From Patescibacteria group bacterium UBA3530 (GTDB lineage Bacteria > Patescibacteriota > Minisyncoccia > Phycocordibacterales > UBA2100), in contig DFOX01000009.1 of the NCBI GenBank assembly GCA_002376945.1, positions 1,340-65,339 of the forward strand: DNA of 64,000 nt, given 5' to 3'. Shown one piece after another: positions 58,659 through 64,000 of the stretch. The notes below the pieces were generated by a model, which worked only from the letters and a program-made list of their open reading frames with translations, did no database searches and was not told the origin of the DNA. How positions within the stretch are numbered: position 1 is the stretch's first letter; the number at the start of each line of letters is the position of its first letter. The translations under genes were made by a program, and so were the position numbers.

Positions 58659-59501
58659 ATGAAAAAGTATAAACCAACAACACCGGGTCGCCGAGGCATG
58701 ACACGCGTATCATACAAGAAGAAAGTAACGGCGGATAAACCGCTAAAAGCACTCACCCGCGGTATAAAGCGGCATGTTGGACGTAACTCGCAGGGACGCA
58801 TTACCACTCGCCACAAAGGAGGAGGCCATAAACGTCGATGGCGAGATATTGATTTTACCTACGACAAAATTGGTATTCCGGCAAAAATTGAGAGTATCGA
58901 ATATGATCCCAACCGAACAGCGTACATCGGATTGGCACTCTATGCGGATGGGGAACGGCGATACGTATTGGTACCGCAAACGATTACGGTCGGAGACACT
59001 TTCGTCGCCGCAGACGATGCGCCCGTCAAGACAGCAAATCGACTTCCTTTGAGAAACATTCCCATCGGTACGTTTGTGTATAATATCGGTCTCAAACCAA
59101 TGAGTGGTGCAAAAATCGCACGTTCTGCCGGAAACTATGCTGAAATTATCGCGCATGACGCCGGATACACTCAAGTGAAGATGCCCTCAAGTGAAATACG
59201 AAAGATACTCAGTAGCGCATGGGCCTGTGTGGGTGAAGTTTCAAATGAAGAACACAAACTGATGACGATTGGAAAAGCCGGACGTGCTCGTCACATGGGA
59301 CGACGCCCAACGGTCAGAGGCGCTGCTATGAATGCGGTTGATCACCCGCACGGAGGTGGAGAGGGTAAGGCGGGACGAGGACACCGCCGCGCTCGTTCCA
59401 AATGGGGCAAGCCGACTGGAAAGGGACAAAAAACGCGAAAAGCAAAGAAGTACTCAAACAAACTCATTGTGCGACGACGAAAAGTTGGTAAGAAGAGATA
59501 G
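58659..59501 (+). CDS. rplB: 50S ribosomal protein L2
   Basis: GRNSQGRITTRHKGGGHKR ... HPHGGGEGK. Confidence 0.95.
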   Translation: MKKYKPTTPGRRGMTRVSYKKKVTADKPLKALTRGIKRHVGRNSQGRITTRHKGGGHKRRWRDIDFTYDKIGIPAKIESIEYDPNRTAYIGLALYADGERRYVLVPQTITVGDTFVAADDAPVKTANRLPLRNIPIGTFVYNIGLKPMSGAKIARSAGNYAEIIAHDAGYTQVKMPSSEIRKILSSAWACVGEVSNEEHKLMTIGKAGRARHMGRRPTVRGAAMNAVDHPHGGGEGKAGRGHRRARSKWGKPTGKGQKTRKAKKYSNKLIVRRRKVGKKR

Positions 59502-59529
59502 GAAGAAGCCCCGCGGTGCGGGGCTCCCC

Positions 59530-59946
59530 TCATGATATATGTGCCTTGGCTTCGGCGATGACCCCTTCCGGGTCATTTTCCAGACGCTCGATGTACCGCC
59601 CGAGTCGTTGGTACTCGCCGTTGTCGCCTTTGCGTCGGCGCGCCTCGTTTCGGGCGTGACAGGCATTCAACCGCGCCTTTTCCAAAGCGGCGTCTGCCCT
59701 CATCCAGTGGAGCGTATGCTCCTCGTCGAAGCGAAAGTCGGGAGGAACTTCACATGCCTCCAACTTTCCTTCTCTGGATACGTTGTAGGCAAACATGTCA
59801 TCCTCCTCTCTATACATGGGCCTACACACATCATACGCGATACGTGAGTAGATAACCATTGACTTCTGTAGATATTTCACATAGTATGTGGCCCACGCCA
59901 AGAAAGGCGGCTTCTTATTGCGAAGTGAGTGAGATACGAAACTCAT
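59530..59946 (-). CDS. hypothetical protein encoded opposite to, and inserted within, the S10 ribosomal operon (GC-rich insert)
   Basis: 138-aa minus-strand ORF fills the anomalous 470-bp gap between rplB and rpsS; no clear RBS; local GC well above operon average; function unknown. Confidence 0.35.
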   Translation of the reverse strand: MSFVSHSLRNKKPPFLAWATYYVKYLQKSMVIYSRIAYDVCRPMYREEDDMFAYNVSREGKLEACEVPPDFRFDEEHTLHWMRADAALEKARLNACHARNEARRRKGDNGEYQRLGRYIERLENDPEGVIAEAKAHIS

Positions 59947-59973
59947 TCTACACAGGCAATATATACAATCACT

Positions 59974-60300
59974 ATGACACGATCAGCAAAAAAAGGTCCG
60001 TACGTTGACCCTAAATTAATGAAGAAAATTGAAGGCAAGACTCCAGAATCCGCTGGGGTAATTACCACGTGGTCACGACGTTCGGATATTGCACCAGAAA
60101 TGGTAGGATTCACTTTCGGCGTTCACAATGGAAGACAACACATTCCCGTATTGGTTACCGAAGACATGGTAGGACACAAACTTGGAGAATTTTCACCTAC
60201 TAAAACATTCCATCGACACGGAGGTAAGATGCAGAAGGAAATGGAACAAAAGAAGAAAGAAGCTGAAATTTCAGCAGCTAAAGCAGCGAGAGCAGCATAA
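59974..60300 (+). CDS. rpsS: 30S ribosomal protein S19
   Basis: Trimmed to [20 protein letters not shown]. Confidence 0.9.
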   Translation: MTRSAKKGPYVDPKLMKKIEGKTPESAGVITTWSRRSDIAPEMVGFTFGVHNGRQHIPVLVTEDMVGHKLGEFSPTKTFHRHGGKMQKEMEQKKKEAEISAAKAARAA

Positions 60301-60308
60301 TATTTTGT

Positions 60309-60635
60309 ATGAGGGCTTTCTTAAAAAACTATTCACAAACACCACGAAAGGTTCGTCTGGTAGCCGACCTCATCCGTGGAAAGGACGTGCAAAAAGCTCG
60401 AGCCATTTTAACGTTTATTGACAAGAAGTCAGCGCCTGCTTTAAAGAAACTCCTCGAATCAGCAGTTGCAAACGCGGAGCACGCAAAGCAGGACACAAGC
60501 AATTTATTCGTGAAGGATATTCGGGTTGATCAAGGTTTGGAGCTCCGACGGTGGCGGCCGCGTGCCTTTGGGCGTGCCGCACCATTTCGTCGTCGAAAGA
60601 GTAGCGTAACACTAACACTGGCAGAAAAAGTATAA
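60309..60635 (+). CDS. rplV: 50S ribosomal protein L22
   Basis: YSQTPRKVRLVADLIRGK. Confidence 0.9.
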   Translation: MRAFLKNYSQTPRKVRLVADLIRGKDVQKARAILTFIDKKSAPALKKLLESAVANAEHAKQDTSNLFVKDIRVDQGLELRRWRPRAFGRAAPFRRRKSSVTLTLAEKV

Positions 60636-60639
60636 TTGT

Positions 60640-61308
60640 ATGACACACACGGTTCACCCATATGCACATCGACTCGGAATAATTCGTGACTGGAAGTCAC
60701 GATGGTTTGGAGGAAATCCAAAACAATACCGCGAAAACTTACGAATTGACACGACGCTTCGAGAGTTCCTCACAAAGCGTCTTCGAGGTTTCTATGTAAC
60801 GGCTCTTGAAATTGAACGTGATGAAAAAGAACTTCGTTTAAAAATTAAAACTTCCCGTCCGGGAATGGTTATCGGACGATCCGGAGAAGGAACACAATCT
60901 CTTCTTGCTGATATCACCACACAACTCCGAAAACTCAAGCTCGGCGAAGACATGCCCAATGTAAAAATCGACGTTGAAGAAGTGCGCTCACCCGAATCAC
61001 ATGCGGCGGTAGTGGCGTATATGGTTGCAGAAGGGCTTGAGAAGCGCATGCCGCATCGAAGAATTCTTAAACAAACAGTAGAGAAAGTAATGGCAAACCG
61101 GGATGTAAAAGGGGTGCGTATTTCCGTATCGGGACGATTGGGAGGAGCTGAAATGTCACGACGGGAGGAACTCAAAAAGGGACGTATCCCACTACAGACA
61201 TTCCGCGCAGATATTGATTACGCCAAAGAGAAGGCCTACTTACCCTATGGTGTGATCGGTATTAAGGTATGGGTGTATCGAGGAGATGTTTTTGAAGATG
61301 AACAATAG
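60640..61308 (+). CDS. rpsC: 30S ribosomal protein S3
   Basis: KH domain; HPYAHRLGIIRDWKSRWF. Confidence 0.95.
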   Translation: MTHTVHPYAHRLGIIRDWKSRWFGGNPKQYRENLRIDTTLREFLTKRLRGFYVTALEIERDEKELRLKIKTSRPGMVIGRSGEGTQSLLADITTQLRKLKLGEDMPNVKIDVEEVRSPESHAAVVAYMVAEGLEKRMPHRRILKQTVEKVMANRDVKGVRISVSGRLGGAEMSRREELKKGRIPLQTFRADIDYAKEKAYLPYGVIGIKVWVYRGDVFEDEQ

Positions 61309-61311
61309 TCT

Positions 61312-61731
61312 ATGTTATTCCCCAAGAAAGTAAAACACCGAAAGTGGCAAACTGGCCGCGTAAACAAAAAGAAACTTGAGCGACCCGACTCACGTGGTGT
61401 TACCGTATCGTTTGGATCATATGGATTAAAGTCAATAGATCAAGCTAGAATCACCTCAAATCAAATTGAAGCATCGCGCAAGGTGATTGTGCGTACTATC
61501 GGGAAGATGGGAAAAATGTGGATACGTATTTTCCCCGACCGACCGTTTACCCAAAAAGCGGCCGAGGTTGGTATGGGTAAAGGAAAGGGAGACCCGCAAG
61601 GATATGTTGCTGAAATTCGACCGGGACGCATTCTGTTTGAGGTAGATGGTGTTTCAGAAGAGGTCGCGCGCAATGCACTGCGTAAGGCGGGAATGAAAAT
61701 GCCGGTAAAAACCAAAATTGTAGCTCGATAA
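61312..61731 (+). CDS. rplP: 50S ribosomal protein L16
   Basis: MLFPKKVKHRKWQTGR. Confidence 0.95.
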   Translation: MLFPKKVKHRKWQTGRVNKKKLERPDSRGVTVSFGSYGLKSIDQARITSNQIEASRKVIVRTIGKMGKMWIRIFPDRPFTQKAAEVGMGKGKGDPQGYVAEIRPGRILFEVDGVSEEVARNALRKAGMKMPVKTKIVAR

Positions 61732-61732
61732 T

Positions 61733-61915
61733 ATGACTGATTTTAAGAAAAAAAGTGTGAAAGATTTAGAGAAGTTCGTACGAGAGAAACGAGAAGCGCT
61801 TCGAGAATTTAGATTCAAAAGTGCCGGTTCGCGGACACGTAATGTGAGAGAAGGGCGCAACACACGTCGTGATATTGCTCGCGCATTGACAGAACGTAAT
61901 GTACGTAATAAATAG
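61733..61915 (+). CDS. rpmC: 50S ribosomal protein L29
   Basis: LEKFVREKREALREFRFK. Confidence 0.85.
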   Translation: MTDFKKKSVKDLEKFVREKREALREFRFKSAGSRTRNVREGRNTRRDIARALTERNVRNK

Positions 61916-61916
61916 T

Positions 61917-62162
61917 ATGACTGATGTAAAAACAAAAAAAGGGAAGATACTGCGTGGTGTGGTGGTCGGAACAGAAATGGACAAGACTGCAAAAGTTGCC
62001 GTTTCTCGCTACGTGCGACATCCAAAGTACAAGAAGTTCATCAAGCAAGTGAAAAAGTATCTAGTGCACGATGAGGAGAACACCGCGTGCGTGGGAGACA
62101 AGGTGGTCATTCGCGAGACGCGACCATTGTCAAAGAACAAGAATTTCGTAATAGAAAAGTAA
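61917..62162 (+). CDS. rpsQ: 30S ribosomal protein S17
   Basis: Trimmed to MTDVKTKKGKILRGVVV. Confidence 0.9.
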   Translation: MTDVKTKKGKILRGVVVGTEMDKTAKVAVSRYVRHPKYKKFIKQVKKYLVHDEENTACVGDKVVIRETRPLSKNKNFVIEK

Positions 62163-62163
62163 T

Positions 62164-62535
62164 ATGATTCAACCACAAACCATAGTTAAGGTGACTGATA
62201 ATTCCGGAGGAAAGAGCGGACGTGTGTTTAAGGTGCTTGGTGGTTCAAAACGTCGCTATGCTCGAATTGGGGATGAAGTGGTACTCTCTATCCAATCAGC
62301 AGAGCCACGAAAGAATGTGAAAAAGAAGGATGTTTTGCGAGCAGTGATAGTGCGACAGCGACAACCTTTTCGACGCCGTGACGGTTCGTATATTCGGTTT
62401 GATGACAATGCGGTGGTCATCGTCGAAAAAGAAAAAAAGGAACCGCGCGCCAACCGTGTATTCGGACCAATTCCACGAGAGATTGCGGAGCGTGGGTACC
62501 AAAAAATTGTCTCGTTAGCACCTGAGGTTGTATAA
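62164..62535 (+). CDS. rplN: 50S ribosomal protein L14
   Basis: MIQPQTIVKVTDNSG. Confidence 0.95.
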   Translation: MIQPQTIVKVTDNSGGKSGRVFKVLGGSKRRYARIGDEVVLSIQSAEPRKNVKKKDVLRAVIVRQRQPFRRRDGSYIRFDDNAVVIVEKEKKEPRANRVFGPIPREIAERGYQKIVSLAPEVV

Positions 62536-62848
62536 ATGTATGAAAATTAAAAAAGGAGACAAAGTGATAGTTATCACCGGAAAGGACAAAGGAACCACCG
62601 GTACAGTGGTGCGTGCAATGCCGTCTGAGGATCGCGTCGTGGTTGAAGGTGTGCATGTTGCAAAACGGCATCAAAAGGCACGTCAGCGAGGGCAGACCGG
62701 TCAAATTGTTGACAAAACAATGCCCATACATGTATCAAACGTGGCGCTCGTTGATCCCAAGAGTGGTAAGCCAACACGTGTTGGTATTGAACGAAAAGAT
62801 GGAAAGCGTGTACGCGTCGCTAAAAAGAGCGGTACGATAATCAAGTAA
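62528..62848 (+). CDS. rplX: 50S ribosomal protein L24
   Basis: KIKKGDKVIVITGKDKG. Confidence 0.9.
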   Translation: MYKCMKIKKGDKVIVITGKDKGTTGTVVRAMPSEDRVVVEGVHVAKRHQKARQRGQTGQIVDKTMPIHVSNVALVDPKSGKPTRVGIERKDGKRVRVAKKSGTIIK

Positions 62849-62849
62849 T

Positions 62850-63389
62850 ATGCATACTATACAAGAGAAACAATCAAACATGTTTGCCGTTCTGAAAGAA
62901 AAGTTCGGATATACGAATGTTATGCAGGCACCGCGCTTGCAGAAGATCGTGGTGTCAGCAAAGGTAGGTTCGATCAAAGACAAGAACAAAATTGATTTGG
63001 TAATTGATCGTCTTGCACGCATTACGGGTCAAAAACCAAAAGCAAACGCGGCAAAAAAATCGATTGCGACATTCAAACTTCGCGAAGGGTCAATTATCGG
63101 GTATTCTGTAACGCTTCGCGGAAAACGTATGCACGATTTTCTTGATAAGTTGATTCATGTGGCACTGCCACGTACACGAGACTTTCGAGGATTGCACGTT
63201 ACCGCAATTGATGAGATGGGAAATTATACCATAGGCATTAAAGAGCACACGATATTCCCCGAGACGTCAGATGAAGAATTGAAGGACGTGTTTGGACTCG
63301 GTGTTACGCTTGTCACTACCGCAAAGACGAAAGCGGAAACAGAGCAATTTTTACGAGAGCTGGGATTACCGCTTCGGAAAGACGCATAG
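62850..63389 (+). CDS. rplE: 50S ribosomal protein L5
   Basis: PRLQKIVVSAKVG ... IGIKEHTIFPE. Confidence 0.95.
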   Translation: MHTIQEKQSNMFAVLKEKFGYTNVMQAPRLQKIVVSAKVGSIKDKNKIDLVIDRLARITGQKPKANAAKKSIATFKLREGSIIGYSVTLRGKRMHDFLDKLIHVALPRTRDFRGLHVTAIDEMGNYTIGIKEHTIFPETSDEELKDVFGLGVTLVTTAKTKAETEQFLRELGLPLRKDA

Positions 63390-63396
63390 CAAAAAT

Positions 63397-63444
63397 CACC
63401 CTTTCGCGGGTGGTTTTTTAAACGGCTCAGTGGGTGAGCCGTTT
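63397..63444 (+). terminator. two tandem terminator hairpins after rplE, inside the S10-spc gene string
   Basis: CACCC-TTTCGC-GGGTG-GTTTTTT, then AAACGGCTCA-GTGGG-TGAGCCGTTT. Confidence 0.5.
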
Positions 63445-63509
63445 AGCGTGATTGCTTTCTACCCTCATTTCGAGTATGGTTGCGGGGTATTCTTCTTTAT
63501 ACAAATCCG

Positions 63510-63538
63510 TTGACTTCCGCTACTCCTTCAGGTAATAT
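63510..63538 (+). promoter_or_regulatory. sigma70-like promoter for rpsN-rpsH (TTGACT, 17-nt spacer, TAATAT)
   Basis: -35 TTGACT at 63510..63515, 17-nt spacer, -10 TAATAT at 63533..63538; ~95-nt structured leader before rpsN. Confidence 0.45.
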
Positions 63539-63635
63539 ACCGACACCTTGCAAAAGGCCACAGTTTCATCGTGTAGGTAGGACTACACACTAACAAACAT
63601 GAGACCGGCCTTTTAATCGAGGCCTCGTTTGATAT

Positions 63636-63821
63636 ATGGCAAAGAAATCAATGATTGCAAAAGCACACAAAATACCGAAGTTCAATTCGCGTGTTGTTCG
63701 TCGTTGCTTTAAATGCGGTCGCCCACGCGGATACATGCGTGACTTTGGACTATGCCGTGTATGTTTCCGAGAAGAAGCGCTCGAGGGACACATTCCCGGG
63801 ATAAAAAAATCATCATGGTAG
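63636..63821 (+). CDS. rpsN: 30S ribosomal protein S14 type Z (zinc-binding)
   Basis: [23 protein letters not shown]. Confidence 0.9.
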   Translation: MAKKSMIAKAHKIPKFNSRVVRRCFKCGRPRGYMRDFGLCRVCFREEALEGHIPGIKKSSW

Positions 63822-64000
63822 GAGACCCAATCGGAGATTTCATAATTCGACTTAAAAACGCTGGTATGGTGAACCACGAGAGTGTTTCGGTGCCGCACTC
63901 AAAGATGAAAATGGCGATAGCGGAAGTGTTACACACCGCCGGGTTCGTGCAGAACGTAGAAAAGCGCGGCAAGAAGGTACGAAAGACCATACACGTAGAT
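63815..64000 (+). CDS. rpsH: 30S ribosomal protein S8 (3'-partial at window end)
   Basis: ATG at 63815 overlaps the rpsN stop; [18 protein letters not shown]. Confidence 0.85.
   Translation, partial: MVGDPIGDFIIRLKNAGMVNHESVSVPHSKMKMAIAEVLHTAGFVQNVEKRGKKVRKTIHVD

Noticed and set aside
59539-59847. 102-aa plus-strand ORF in the rplB-rpsS insert
   Set aside because: Less protein-like than the opposing 138-aa ORF and lacks an RBS. The insert may nevertheless be non-coding on both strands.

Overview
The window reads as a gene-dense, roughly 45% GC bacterial chromosome segment with many short hypothetical, membrane or secreted proteins and type IV pilus and type IV secretion-like genes. That gene content is consistent with a small-genome, possibly CPR/Patescibacteria-like bacterium, but this is inference only.

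Main blocks, left to right:
- 1..8388 (minus strand): a type IV secretion-like operon. It holds a VirB4-family ATPase split by one in-frame TAA, a VirB3-like small membrane protein, a VirB6/TrbL-like polytopic protein, a 667-aa secreted protein and two membrane-anchored proteins.
- 8768..22566: housekeeping genes, including ksgA, pcrA/uvrD, a LysM-M23 peptidase, pnp, a NYN-domain protein, rpsO, an xerC/D-like recombinase, xth and cca.
- 22600..26140: a tRNA-rich patch with tRNA-Arg(TCG), tRNA-Gly(GCC), tRNA-Pro(TGG) and tRNA-Gly(TCC). It contains a secreted protein, a trypsin-like protease and a voltage-gated K+ channel (TTTGYGD filter, S4 arginine ladder, C-terminal Zn ribbon). The channel gene is flanked on both sides by arrays of an ~11-12 bp AAGGACAT/ATGTCCTT repeat and by three copies of an 18-bp palindrome, TGTTTTCACGTGAAAACA.
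- 26260..39961: pilin, HU, RNase Y, clpP, tig, ppa and nusA, then a type IV pilus cluster (pilB, pilC and three minor pilins).
- 39979..51918: tpiA, pgk, a HIT protein, recJ, rnhA, a split ComEC (channel part and MBL domain encoded separately), sodA, rpmB and an M50 protease.
- 51991..64000: the str/S10/spc ribosomal operons (rpsL to rpsH). These are interrupted between rplB and rpsS by a GC-rich 470-bp insert carrying an opposite-strand ORF, and between rplE and rpsN by tandem terminators plus a consensus promoter.

Small GC-rich islets with hairpins and short ORFs also occur upstream of nusA and downstream of sodA. All functional calls come from reading the motifs directly; no database search was run.
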